DNA of 62,201 bases, the filler included, from Basidiobolus ranarum (lineage: Eukaryota), in the NCBI GenBank assembly GCA_040143965.1. It is 13 parts of 13 records of this genome, joined end to end, with 100 filler letters (N's around TTAATTAATTAA, not from the genome) between each part and the next. Parts side by side here need not be neighbours in the genome. Positions count along the whole stretch, not along the records: positions 24,012 to 28,707 come from JASJQH010008736.1; positions 28,808 to 33,500 come from JASJQH010008737.1; positions 33,601 to 38,291 come from JASJQH010008738.1; 10 more parts are not named here. One strand, given 5' to 3'. Both the position numbers and the translations under genes were made by a program. The notes under the pieces were generated by a model. That model was not told where the DNA came from, made no database searches, and was given only the letters and a program-made list of their open reading frames with translations. Position 1 is the stretch's first letter. Every line of letters begins with the position of its first letter. This document shows positions 24,518-37,344 of the stretch, piece after piece.

Positions 24518-24832
24518 TGTGGATATTTAATCTTTATTCACCATCTTAGTTAACTTTAGAAATGATAAATATATCAGAAACCACAAGCAAGCTATTGATA
24601 GCCCCTATATTCCAAACAGGAATATATATGTATCTATATAATAAGTATGTCTAAATACCCCCACTTATCTATTATATCTTCTTACACCAACACCTGAATA
24701 TCTCAAACAATTGATTTACTTCTCTACTATATAAGTCACCATACTCTCTTTAGAATAAAGTAACCAAAGACACTACCATCAGTTGCCTCTAACATACAAA
24801 GTCTACCCCCATTATATCAAGATTCTCTAACA
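24518..24832 (+). repeat. Solo LTR family B, inverted relative to host element
   Basis: Reverse-complement homologue of 25628-25941. Flanked by TCTTT/TCATT, a 4/5 match to a target-site duplication. Confidence 0.8.
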
Positions 24833-25618
24833 TCATTTCCACTTTTAATTTTGTTACATACTTCCTTTTTCTTTGAAACCCATTCCTTCTTTGATCTGCA
24901 ATATTATGCTATACCACATTTGTAACATTTCACAGTGCTCTTTTCTAGTTGGCTATTTTGAGAATAAAATGATTTTGTAGTTGTTGCTTCATCTGCAGGC
25001 TGACTTTTGTCTCTCCTTTTAAATTCTTCTTGATGTAGATGAGTGATCAGATGGTGCTGAGTAAGCTTATCCCCAATTGATTCCACAGTAAGCTCTAGGG
25101 CTGAATATGATTCAGGGAGACCATTACCTATGGTAAAAATTACATCCATTTCAGGTACCTCATAATTCATTGATTCTGGCTGTTGGGCAAGTTTCCTGAC
25201 ACCATTCACATATAGCATAATGTCAGAATTTTTAGACATATGAGAGTTATAGAATTTTCTTTGTAGCATCATCAAGTAAGCAAGTTCTTTTTGCTCATGA
25301 TGTTCCACTGGGATTTCCCATGCATTTTTGGCAGAGTTAGCATCTCTGACTAGCATAAGTTGTAGTGATTCTAGTCTTAGACATATTTCTGTAAATGCCA
25401 ATCTGTCATTTTCTTTAGTTGCCCTGGCTTCTTTGTTTCAGTGTAAGAATCTTTACTCTCTTCTTCAGATGTTTCTTCTTCAACTGGTTGAACTACTTCC
25501 CAGATATGTTTCTCTTCAAGCATAAGTTGCATCTTCAATTTCTATTCATGGGAATCTTCCCTATTGAATATTGGAATATTAGTAATCTCCTTTTGGGAAA
25601 AAGATTCTAAATCACTTG

Positions 25619-25627
25619 CTGCTACCA
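25619..25627 (-). promoter_or_regulatory. Primer binding site (tRNA-iMet type)
   Basis: TGGTAGCAG immediately after the 5' LTR on the minus strand. Confidence 0.65.
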
Positions 25628-26065
25628 TGTTGGAGGATCTTGACATAATGTGGGTAGACTTTGTATATTAGAGGCAACTGATGAAAGTGCTTAGCTACTT
25701 AATTCTTAAGAGAATGTGGTGACTTATATAGTAGAGAAGTAAATCAATTGCTTGAGTTATTCAATAGTTTGACTAGCAAGATATAGCAGATAAGTGGGGA
25801 TAATAAGACATACTTATTATATAAATACATAGATATTGCTAATTATAATATAGGCACTATAGATATGTTGCTTTCTGTTTCTGACATAGGTATCATAACC
25901 AAAGTTAACTAAGATGCTGAATAAAGATTAATTATCCAACAATTTCCCAAGCATTCTTGTAGAGTCAGCATTTCTGACTAGCATAAGTTGTTGTGATACC
26001 AGTCTCACATATATTTCCCTAAATGCCAATCAATCTTTTTCTTTGAATATTGCCCTGGTTTCTTT

Positions 26066-26562
26066 ACATGTTTGCTGTGACCTTCCTTATCACATTTTAC
26101 ATGTTCTTTTGCTTATATCTTGACAAAACTTTCAATGTCTACTTTCAACTCAATAAATGCATAAGTAGAACCAGTTAAGGTATTTGGGAGCCTGTTGGAA
26201 GTGGTTTGGAAAGTTAGGGGAATTGGTGGTCTTCACTTATTAATTTATTGACTAGAAAGTTGACATTTATAGTTTTGTCAAGATGTAAGCAAACTAATGT
26301 GTAGAATGTGTTAAGGAAGGTTCCAGAAACATGTGTGCAAAGTTTGGGGCTTCTAGCACAGGTTTGAAAAAGCTATATATCTGAGAACTTCTGAGTAAAT
26401 TCCAATTGAGAATAATGGATAATATCTTTGTTCAACATAAGACAACTAAGTACTAAGCTATATATGACTATATAAGTGTTTAGGCAATGCTAATTTCAAC
26501 AGAGCCACCAACTTCTCTAGCTCTGCAAACCACTTCCAATAGGCTCCCAAAATACAGTAACA
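26066..26562. repeat. Solo LTR family A (26173-26501) nested in an oppositely oriented family A-like LTR
   Basis: 26066-26172 and 26502-26562 join into a continuous reverse-complement LTR-A sequence. The insert is flanked by GAACC/GAGCC. Confidence 0.8.
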
Positions 26563-27719
26563 ATCAAAACTTACATTAAGTAACTAGGGAGTACTGATGT
26601 AGCTTTATAAGAGGAAGTTATTGTTGTTGCACTTCTAAGTACTTTTCCTGAGAAGTAAGCTAATTTGAATGTTGCTTGCTATAAATGTATCTCAAGCCCA
26701 TGACAACAGAAGAGTTGGGTTACTTTTGTTTGGATATTAAAATGAGGAATAACATAATGCGAAATTTAGTTCCATAATATGGAAATCAAAATATCGAATA
26801 GCACTCTTTTATTGGCAAGAATCAGTTAAAGTTATATATATATAGGGAGAACTTGTTGGTATGCTATTCATTCACCAACTAATCACTGGCAAATAATTGG
26901 CCCTGGATGAATTTCAATTTAAAAATAGGGTCTCGATTCATCACCTGAATGGTAGAGATACAACTAATACGAATTAATTATTAGCTAATTTATTCTATTG
27001 GGTTTGCTGCAGGAAATAATAAATGTTTAGATGTTTGTGATTGAATCAGGCTACTCAAACATAACAGGCAATAACGAAGTCGAACTCTTGTATGTCATAA
27101 ATTAGCATTGCTCCAAAGCTTTGGTGTTAATACTCTTAGAACTGGAAATTATAATATACAGCCGACCCACCCTTATTCAACATGAAATTCTCCTACTTTT
27201 TGGAAGAGATTCTAGGTGGTACTGGCGATTTTGACCAAATAAACAAGTTCTGCAACTTCAATTTGTATAGGCCCTACGCCTAGTCCAAGCAATCTACGGA
27301 TATGGTGCGTGCGATCTCGATATAGTTATCTGGTGTGTCCCCCCACTCAATAAATCAGCCTCTGCATTGCAGCTGATCCAACACTGTACTTGTTGCCATC
27401 TTAAATATAAGAAAGTGCCGCGATAAATAGTAGTCACATATGTACCATGATCCAATGGTTTAATCAGCCCTAAAAATAGAATCTCCTACTTCTCCCTTTA
27501 AACAGTTATTTTACCACAGAACCCAAACAGTACACTATTTATAAATCAATCCTGACTTTCGTCTTCATTGTCTCTGTATACATCACCTCTTTGGACGAAA
27601 TTATTAAAAGTCAAAGGTTTTCCACGGTCGGCCCAAAATCATTGTTGATATAGTTCGCTGAGATTACAAATCTTCTATATCGTTTTTTCATAGCGACTGG
27701 CATCTTCAACACACAGGTT

Positions 27720-28707
27720 ATGCTACAAATACACGAGTCCCAAAGTAATACATTTCCAAAAGTCGTAGTAAGTGCTGATGGAATAAGTTTGGATTTGGAA
27801 TACCTAACGAAGTTCGTTCACGTAGTACTCGTGACTGTAAGTGTATGTATCAAAATACGAAATATGAATATCTCAGTTTTTCATTCTCACCTTTCTTTAT
27901 TTTCTTCCGCCAGTCTTTACACTGCCCTATTGGACCTCAGCTTCTAAGAATCCTGAAGTTTATCGGATTAGAGAATGACGACCCAAATCGCACTTTCACA
28001 GATCCATTCACTGGGACCATTTTAACCACCACACAAGAGGACTTGGAGGTAACAAGTATTATTTAGTGGAGTACTATGATTCTATTGAACTAACACCATT
28101 GAAGCTAAACCGAATACTACTCCGATACGACACTCTGTTTTTGATACTGCTCCCTGGTAGTTTACAAGAAGTCTCGGATGCTAAATTGCACTACAATATC
28201 GCTAATCACTCAAGTGAAATGAAGGGCAGAATAGAGCTTTTGGCTGATGGAGAATTGAATCTGGCACACAACCTCGGATTGACTATGTCAAATTCTTATA
28301 TCCATCCTGCGATATTTCATATACGGCCCAATACACTCCATTTAAATCCAATTAAGATTGGCCTCTCACCCGGATACTATGGATATCATTCATTAATTTC
28401 TTTTCTGACCGCTACACGATTAGAGATTGAGGTGAGATCGCTAAACGCTGTTGTAGAGTCCGAAACACGTATCGAAGAGCTGGATAGAAGACGTGGAAAT
28501 GGCATCGCCATTTATTATCCAACTTTTGGATCCACCAAGAGCTCCATCTTTCCTAACGAAATTATGGAGAATATCTTCTACTTTCTGAGCACTAAAGAGT
28601 TGGAGAGAGTTAGTAAGCTATCCGATGAATGGCACCACATAGCCATCTATGTATGGCGTAATAAAGTTAGCAGAATTACTAATGTGGGCATTAATACCCT
28701 GCCTAAA
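27720..28707 (+). CDS. F-box domain protein, spliced, 3'-truncated
   Basis: GT-AG introns near 27837-27913 and 28049-28104 join an open frame containing IFPNEIMENIFYFLSTKELERVSKLSDEWHHIA (F-box). Confidence 0.7.
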
Positions 28708-28807
28708 NNNNNNNNNNNNNNNNNNNNNNNNNNNNNNNNNNNNNNNNNNNNTTAATTAATTAANNNNNNNNNNNNNNNNNNNNNNNNNNNNNNNNNNNNN
28801 NNNNNNN

Positions 28808-30381
28808 ATGGGCCTTGGTAGCTAGCATCTTAGCTACAGTGTGGTGGAGAGTAGCAGTGGGTGGAACATCATAAATGGGTGCGTGATCCTACATCACATA
28901 TCGGGGTTAGTCAATTTCATGATTGTCCATTCCAAGTAGACTCGGAGATACTTACAGCCCCATGCTCCAGACCTTGATCCATACGAATCTGTGAGATGAA
29001 CTGCAGACAGGTACCATGAAGTATGGATTGTCGGTAATTCTTTTGTATATATTGCTATGTAAAGACTGACGGTTAGGCCATGGTTTTGCCAACAAGTCTA
29101 TTTAGTCACATACCTTTACATCAGATAACGATATGTTACCCAATACACGATCAGATGGATCCACAACAGCAACAGAAGACAATCCTGAGCGAACTGGTGA
29201 TTAAAATGATGTCACGTTAATAAATCAACAGTTCAATGTGACGAATTAGGGGTAACTAGAGGTAATTCTAACTTAGTAAAGCCATTGCGTCAACTACTGG
29301 TCGATCAGTGTTGATAGAGATAACCTCGGATTTTCCAATATTCAGCTCTGGTAACTATTGCATAGCTGCACGGTCAGTATAGTCAACAAAAGAGAATCTG
29401 ATGTCAGTCAAACTTACAGTTTTCTTGAAAAGAGCTTGAAGATCCGGGTAGCTCTGAAGCTAAGTTGTACCAAGTAAAATATTAATAACGTACTAGAGCT
29501 ACATAGAACATACGAAAAAGAGTACGCACTCTAGTGAAAATATACTCGACTACCAGAGATTGTGATAGAATTCCCTGAGTAGAAACAAGTTAGTGATTCT
29601 GAACCATAATATGTTCCTAACAAGGTACATACTGTGAGGCTTCCTTGATTATTGGCAACCACCACTGAAATGAATTTAGATTAGTCCACTTCAAAATTAA
29701 GGCAATGGTGTTAACATTCGATAGTTTACCTCTTTGAACAGAGGTACTTAGTAAATCCAAAATCTGTATCAATGTTGTATCCTCGGTGATGGAATAGAAA
29801 GGATTGCGCTGTGATAAATCTGAATGCCGTAAGGCGTTAGTTGAAAACCCAGTCTTTGTCGATGGCATACAAAGAGTTACCTGAAGCCATCTTCACAGGG
29901 ATGCTTTCTGCATTAGATACTTTTCTAATCAGTTCAGCGATCTCGGGTGAGGGTACTTTTTGAAGTATAGTGCTTCGTTCTTTAACAGCCAGTACATAAG
30001 TGAGCATATCACGGTAATCGAACATGCCAATGAAGTTGTTGGCTTCTTTGTTGTAAATAGGTGCTGAGCTAACTCCTCCCTGAATCAAAGTCTATTGGGT
30101 TGGAAACCTGATTAGCATGCGTAAAATAACCGTATGAGCGCACGAAAGGAAAGTACCTGTACGGCAGACTCTAAACTAGCCTCTCCATCGCTATTCAAAG
30201 AGGGATAGATTAATTTACGCAAGATTCATTAAGGTCACAAGGACCATAGGTATAAAACACTTTCATCGTACATAACTATAACCTTCTGAACGTTAATAAA
30301 TTCTTTGGCTTTGATCATACCCCAGTCATTCTGAAGTTCAGAAAGACCGGCACGATGCGCGGAATAGTTGTTTAGACTCAT
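28808..30381 (-). CDS. SDS23: CBS-domain protein Sds23/Sds24 (SNF4-related), spliced, 3'-truncated
   Basis: GVSSAPIY..FIGMFDYRDMLTYVL, DLSQRNPFYSI, GILSQSLVVEY, GLSSVAVVDPSDRVLGNISLSDVK and DHAPIYDVPPTATLHHTVAKMLATKAH. Confidence 0.82.
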
Positions 30382-30788
30382 TTGAATGGTAAAAGCGGAC
30401 GGGTAACAAGAGTTCTATTTGATGAATACGTAATATTCAACGGTTAAGGCTTATTTATTGACTGAATGAATGACAGATGTCAATCCTTCTACCGCATTAG
30501 AATCCAATGATTGGTCACAGATTGCGGTCTAACTCGTTCCAAATATTGAGCCGGGGTGAGATGTAATCTATTTTTCCAAAAATACCACGATAGGTTGGAT
30601 TTACATGTAACTTGTGACCTCACACACACGGTCCTCCCATAACAATTCTTATCATTGTCACGCGCATGTAGGCTCTGAATCATATTGTTGCCCACAAAAC
30701 ATCAAAGGGTAATATACCATGAATTTCGCACCATTTTATTTTGTTCCATGAAAAACGTACAAGGTAGCGCAAAGGATTTGGCTTGACA

Positions 30789-31611
30789 TTAGTTTACTTT
30801 TTTAACACTTCGGTACGTGAGTGATAGACGTGTCGTTCTTTCCAGTACACAAGGTACCATATCATGTGGTAGATTTAGCACACTCTTTTCGGATAAATCA
30901 TCAACAGTAGTTTCGTCAATCCCATGCCTGTAGTTCAGATACATATTTTCAGTTAGTATTACCAGACTTCTTGGTTCAAGAAGCAAGGAAAATTCAGGGG
31001 AACTGGTGCCATCTCGCAATGGATAGAAATCCAATAAAGTATGTGATCCTAAAGAGATGGTAGCCACTGTAGGATGATAAAATGCTCCATCTTCATGAGG
31101 CTGTCAAAGCAGTTAGAGATTTACCCAAGTGATTCAAGAAAGCAATTAGTTACCATTATTCCCTGTCCAGCCAAATATTCATTGATTAGAACATGATTAG
31201 CTTCACCCCCCATATTCTTAAATACACCAAGTCGTTCGAAGCGCGCAAAAGGGGCCTTTAGCCAAGGTTCAAGCTCCTCAGAGGTCATCCCCTCCACACT
31301 AGGAGTTCCGCCTGAATTGAATAGTCAGAAGTTTATTGGAAAAAATGCATTTTCTGGAATTCATAGGTACCCCAACTTTGAAGTCTACGATTACGGAGTC
31401 TAACCCAACGATTACCGGGAGCCAGGTACACCTAAATATTTATTGATCTTTAAGTTTATAAGGTATTTACTTTACTTGAAACAAACGATAATGAGCTTGT
31501 AGTCAATAGTACCTGTTTTCGAAGATATGTTTCTTCTATTTCCGTTATAAAATCTGGGATATAATATGCCGTGGCCGGTGTGCCTTTGACTTGATAATCT
31601 GTAAGATTCAT
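30789..31611 (-). CDS. ALKBH6: Fe(II)/2-oxoglutarate dioxygenase, AlkB homologue 6, spliced
   Basis: [46 protein letters not shown] (HxD), VATISLGSHTLLDFY, LLLEPRSLVI, YRHGI and RTTRLSLTYR. Confidence 0.93.
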
Positions 31612-32511
31612 TATGAAATTCCTATTAAAAGGCTACAAGCCACCTCCATACCTTTTGTAGTCATTTTGTAATTTATTTAATACGTCAGCCATATGGGGAG
31701 TCACCCCGAAATCTCCAAGATAGCAGTTGGTATCTCATAATTATCAATGAATTAGTTCACTCTAATTATTGATAGATTTTATCCAATATTGATAGAAATG
31801 ATTGTTTTCTAACTCCAATTTGCATTAATATTAGGTCTGTAAGCTCATTTTTCTCTGCAAAAAGAGTAACTCATCTCACTTATAGTTAACAGAAATTTAT
31901 GCTTCATTGGATTCGCTCTATGAACAAGTTGAGGGGGACGGAGAACACATCATGATGCAAAATTCATTTTATTTGGCTATTGCAATTACAATCATGGAAT
32001 TATGTCTCTCACTGTTGCCCAGAACTGATTCGCTTTTTTGCAATTATATTTACAAATTGTATGCTTCAACTTGGAACCGACTTGTCAAGCTCAATCCTCT
32101 CATATCTATTTGCATCTATTGACCTAGCTCTGAAAGTATGGTGCTGTCTGATCTCCATTTCAATGCACTATCAAAGATTGCGATCTCTAATTGACTGATT
32201 CTGCTTTGAGCTCACCAATTTTTTGCTTGGGATGATGATGATGGCTTCATCCTTATCTTTAATTTCCTTACAGGTCTTTTTATATTGGCTTCATTAGTAT
32301 CCATCATATTTGTCAGCCACACTATTGGCTAACAATGTTTGTATTAGCAAGCTAGCTCAATATTAAATTTGTTTAACAATGTCTGGTAATGGCCAAGTTA
32401 TTGTTGAAGTTAGCAGAGCCTAAGCATCTACATGGTCATGTATATTGAAATTAGCATTGCCTAAGCACCTAGATAGTCATATATAGCTTAGTATCTAGCT
32501 ATCCTATATTT

Positions 32512-33370
32512 TGTTAAAGTATTTGGGAGCCTGTTGGAAGTAGTTTGGTGAATTAGAGAAATTGGTGGATTTCACTTGTTGATTTATTAAGGAGAGAGTT
32601 GACATTTATAGCTTTGTCAGGATGTAAACAAACTAAGATGTATAAAGTGTTAAGAAAGGTCCCAGGAACATGTGTGCAAAGTTTGGGGCTTCTAGCACAG
32701 GTTTTGAAAATCTACATATCTGAGAACTTATATGTAAGTAAAAATATTCCAAGTAAATCTCAATTGAGAATAATGGATAATATCTTGGTGAAATATTAGC
32801 AACTAAGCACTAAGCTATAAATCACTAAGTAGGTGCTTAGACAATGCTAATATCAACACTCTCTCTCAACTATATAGTCATACTAACTTATCCAAAGGAG
32901 GGTCTAAATTTCTCCAATTTCTGTCTAGCTAATGGCTTGATTAATATATCAGCAATCATGTCTTCTGTAGAACAATAACTTGAGTCAATAAACTTATTTC
33001 CTATAGTGTCTGCAATGAAGTCAAGTCTAATATCTATAAGTTTGTTTCTATTAAGAAGCATGGCATTTTTAGCTAATTTGATACAACTTTAATCATCTTA
33101 AAACATTGTAGTTGGCAAATTTCAAGAATAATCTAAATCTGTTAAGAGTTCTCTTCACCATATTGCTTCTTTTGTTGCTTCACTGGCAGCTATGTATTCT
33201 GCCTCTGTTTTTAAAGTGCTATAGTAGGTTATTTCTTTGAAATCCAAGAAATAGCTCCATTATAGCAAAGAAATTAGGATCCTGTTGTAGATCTCCTGTC
33301 TTCAATATCTCTTCCCCAATTTGCATCTGAATAACCCATCAGATCAAAGTTTGATCCACAATATGTGTAT
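32512..33370 (-). mobile_element. Decayed Ty1/copia 3' end (RNase H, PPT, 3' LTR family A 32512-32858)
   Basis: GYSDANWGRDIEDRRSTTG and DMIADILIKPLAR. LTR homologous to 7758-8105. Inverted LTR-A starts lie at 32402-32511. Confidence 0.9.
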
Positions 33371-33600
33371 TCTGTTGAAGTTATTGTCGTTATCATATTT
33401 GTTATCTCTATCCTTATACACCTAACTATTTCATATATCACATATAAGTTAGTTAACATTACTTAGTCAAATATCACTTAGCTGAAAATCGGAACATATA
33501 NNNNNNNNNNNNNNNNNNNNNNNNNNNNNNNNNNNNNNNNNNNNTTAATTAATTAANNNNNNNNNNNNNNNNNNNNNNNNNNNNNNNNNNNNNNNNNNNN

Positions 33601-33829
33601 GAGCTTCGTCACAGTGCAACCCGAAGCCCCTCATTACCGCATCATTTTACCAGGATTCAGCCGAAACCCCAAAACTCGAAAACTGATCATGAACCAATCG
33701 ACATACCACTAGGAGCACTAGGGGAAAGATTTGTATGAAGATTTCTATGGGATAGCCAAACATATTTCTAGGGTCTCGTGAGGTGAGGCTAAAATGTAGA
33801 GACGTAGCACACTCAAATACTGACAACAT
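33601..33829 (-). CDS. Possible first exon of a secreted/membrane protein (runs off contig)
   Basis: Hydrophobic MFGYPIEIFIQIFPLVLLVVC followed by a possible GTAAAA donor. No family recognised. Confidence 0.25.
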
Positions 33830-34545
33830 GGCGCTTCTCTTATAGTTAATGTAGCAATCCCATCTTCCCTTTTATATTATTGACATGAATAAACTAGTAT
33901 TTATCAACTGGCTTCGACTCTTCATCGATATGCTCCTTTGAATATCAGACCCTTCTAATGAGTCACTCTAGCTCTTGTACTAGGATTCATCTCGGATTAT
34001 ACAAGACCAGTCAATGTTTAAATATTCTAAAGGTCAATGATGACCCCTCTCTTTATATCGTGATAATTGCGGAGTATGATGTGGGTGATATTCCTAATGG
34101 TCTCCAATTTACCTCCAGGGTAGCTGGAGAGAAGTTGGAGGTATATGGATTAAATACAAAGTTAACCCAACTTGTTAACTTGTTATTGAGCAAATTGAAT
34201 GATTGGAGTAATGAAGGAAAATAGACCCGATATCTTTCCAATTTTCCAACTAAATAATTGGATTAAAATTAAACCGATAATGTTGTTGGAGTTTACAAAT
34301 GAGATAAATCAAAAGTGATGTGACTTTCTTCCATGGCAGGAATTTTTTTTTCTTAAATAAATCCATCTATTTTTGAAGAAAGAAAAAAAAATCCATTTTT
34401 TGTACAAGTGAAAAGTCTGCTTAGATTTTCTCATTTATATACATATACATATATTTGTTTTTCCTGCTTTTGTATTCATCCCAGGTCTTGTAACCGCGTT
34501 CACTCCTTTCCCCTCCATTCGTGATCAAAGTTTCAATAGAATATC

Positions 34546-35553
34546 ATGGCTACTGTTTTCAAGAATGCCGCAAGAAAGAATGCCAGAGCTTCTGGTGATG
34601 ACAAGCCTGTAATCAGAAACAAGCAAAGAGTTATGATGCTCACTTCTCGTGGTATCACTTTTAGACAGAGACACATGATGACTGATTTGGAGGCTCTTCT
34701 CCCCCAATCAAAGAAAGGTTAGTATTGGACAATTTTACTGTAGGATATTTGTACTTTAGTGTAAACGTCGAATCCCGTGCTAACTTTCATATCTGTTATT
34801 TACAGACGCTAAACTCGATTCTAAGTCCAAGCTTTACATCCTGAACGAACTTGCTGAACTCAACAACTGCAACAATTGTATATACTTTGAGTCTCGTAAG
34901 CATCAAGATCTTTACCTTTGGATCTCCAAAACTCCCAATGGTCCTAGTGCCAAATTCCATGTTCAGAACAGTGAGTAGTGTTCATGTTTCCAAAAAAAAC
35001 TCCCTGTTGTGCTTGCTAACTTTATTAACTTTCAAAACTAGTTCACACCATGGATGAATTGAAGATGACCGGTAACTGCCTCAAAGGATCTCGTCATGTT
35101 CTCTCCTTCGATAAAAATTTCGATAGTGAACCACATTTGGGTCTCTTGAAGGAGATGTTCACTCAAGTATTCGGTGTACCCAAGAGCGCTAGAAAGCTCA
35201 AGCCATTCATCGATCACGTGATCTCTTTTTCGATTGTTGATAACCGTATCTGGTTCCGTAATTACCAAATTGTAGAGAAAGATTCATTAGATGGCACCCT
35301 AAAGAAAGAAATGAGCTTGGTCGAAATTGGTCCTCGTTTTGTTCTCAACCCTATCCGTATATTCCAAGGTAGTTTCGGTGGAGCCACTCTCTACGAGAAT
35401 GCCCAATATATTTCACCCAATGCTGTGCGTGCTAGTCTTCGTCGCCAGAAGGCAACTAAGTACACCACCCGTACTGCTGCTCAAAAGCACCGTGAGGCCA
35501 AATTATCTGATGCTCAGCTTGAAGAAGATCCTGTGGATCAAGTTTTCGCATAA
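34546..35553 (+). CDS. BRX1: Ribosome biogenesis protein Brx1 (Brix domain), two introns
   Basis: NKQRVMMLTSRGITFRQRHMMTDL, ELAELNNCNNCIYFESRKHQDLYLW..PNGPSAKF, HTMDELKMTGNCLKGSR, KPFIDHV..IWFRNYQI and EIGPRFVL. Confidence 0.97.
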
Positions 35554-37344
35554 AATCATTTAATAAATAGTAGAGATTCGGGATTTATAATTTATAATAT
35601 AAAGAATAAAATCAATAGAAAAAGGCTCGTATGTTACCTAAGATAGTTGGGTTCGAATCATTATTCTTCAAGTGGCTAGTTCTGTGATTGCAAATGCATT
35701 CAAGACAAACAAGATAAACAACGTCGCTACCTAATACATGGCCATTTAATGATCTGCTTCTATGTTCAGGTGGTTAGGAGAAAGGAGAGACTCGGGCTGA
35801 CAGTAAGTTTACATATGATATGACGCTACTCATCGGGGATTTATAATCTTGCCAAGACTGCTGAATGGTGGAATTTTCATTTATCCAACATACGTGTCCA
35901 CTTCACCACAAACACTGGAGCACGCTCTACGGTCCAGCCAGAAGAAATCAAACAATGTCTGAGATGCCCTGCTTTGACCCATCTGATACACAACTGCCAG
36001 AATTGCTTGCCATAATCTTTCGAGTTGGTGAATTTAATACTTCAGGCCCCATCGCCAACCGAGGGACCTGTGAGGTGCAACAGGGCGTCCAACCCTGAAC
36101 TGCAAGTGTCGGAGAGGCACAAAAACGAGGCGACAATCCACCGTCCCTTGATTTACACACACTGATGTGGTGGACGTCTTGGCCTAATGGGAAGAAAATC
36201 GAATGTCATATCATATCGTTTGATTATTGCAAATGATTCATATGGGTGTTGCAGTTCATTGGCTTGACGGCGAAGCTCTAATTTTATGACGATCATGTGT
36301 GAAAAGAATCATGTTTGTTTCAGTCATTGAGTTCTATCCCATTCTTGGGGAACGCCGTTTCACAGACAACATCGATGGTTTATTATGGCGGTACACATGA
36401 GACTTGGGCTTCACCCACTCATCTTCTCCCTTTTATTGGGTTGGAGTAAGTGAAAACACAAACCAAAATATTGACTCAGAAACATCTCAGAGCGTCCTGT
36501 TTTAAATGTCAGCGCGGTCCAAATCGCAATATAATGCATGCTTGATCCGTGTTTACTCGGCCAGCAGACTCGAGAGCTAATCAATCAGCTCAGATGCATT
36601 GTGAGTATTTATAGCATTAATATGAAGCGGTGACTTAGAACCATGATTTCAAATTCATTGGCGCGGAAGTGGTTAGGTTTAGTTGATTCTTCCGGCATTG
36701 CTGTTAGAATTTTTTAGAGTCACTTTAAAACCCGAAGAGTTTGACCTAACAACGGGCTAAAAACAGAGTGAACGGAATAAGAGTAGAGTTGTATATCACC
36801 ACTAATTAGTTTCGTCTTATGACACCTCATTTGTGAAAAAGCCAAGGGAAGAATTGATTCGACGAGTAATCTAGTGGACATGGAACCATTGATGCTGGTT
36901 GATTATGTCTCTAAACCCCGCCCCCGTCTCTTCTTTTATAATGCAAAACATCATCTGTATGAAGGGATAATGTACCAGTCACAATGTTCATCACATTAGA
37001 TACCTAGAGATGATTCACCCCTAATATCTGAATCTATTAAAGCAAGCGATTTCCCTCAGCAAACCCAGAGCCATTGATTCTGAACACTGCCCACTCCAAC
37101 TTCCCTACATCTATTTATTGTCCATCAAGCCTTCGTGGCAATCCATTCTCCCTTCCCAATCCCACTTGCTACCTATTTCCTAACCCCCGAAGTTGAACCT
37201 CTCTCAACCTAGAGGCCATCGATCTATTAAATTGCAGTGGTTATAAATGAGTCATCTGCTGACCTATATATTAATAACCCATCTGCTCTTCATTTCGTGA
37301 TCATATTACCCGCTGTACCTTTCTAGTAGCGGACCAAACATAGC

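Larger units (their letters stand above)
24290..25941 (-). mobile_element. Decayed Ty1/copia element, 5' part (5' LTR family B, PBS, gag, protease) interrupted by a solo LTR
   Basis: 5' LTR 25628-25941 (TG..CA) is followed on minus by the PBS TGGTAGCAG. Gag motifs are IPIFN..KLKMQLMLEEKHIWEVV, NGLPESYS and CYKCG. Protease motif is WILDSGASGHMC. Confidence 0.88.

Noticed and set aside
24518-25941. TIR DNA transposon or DIRS-like element with inverted terminal repeats
   Set aside because: Both repeats are TG..CA LTRs. One has a PBS and the other its own near-TSD, so nested copia insertion explains the pattern.
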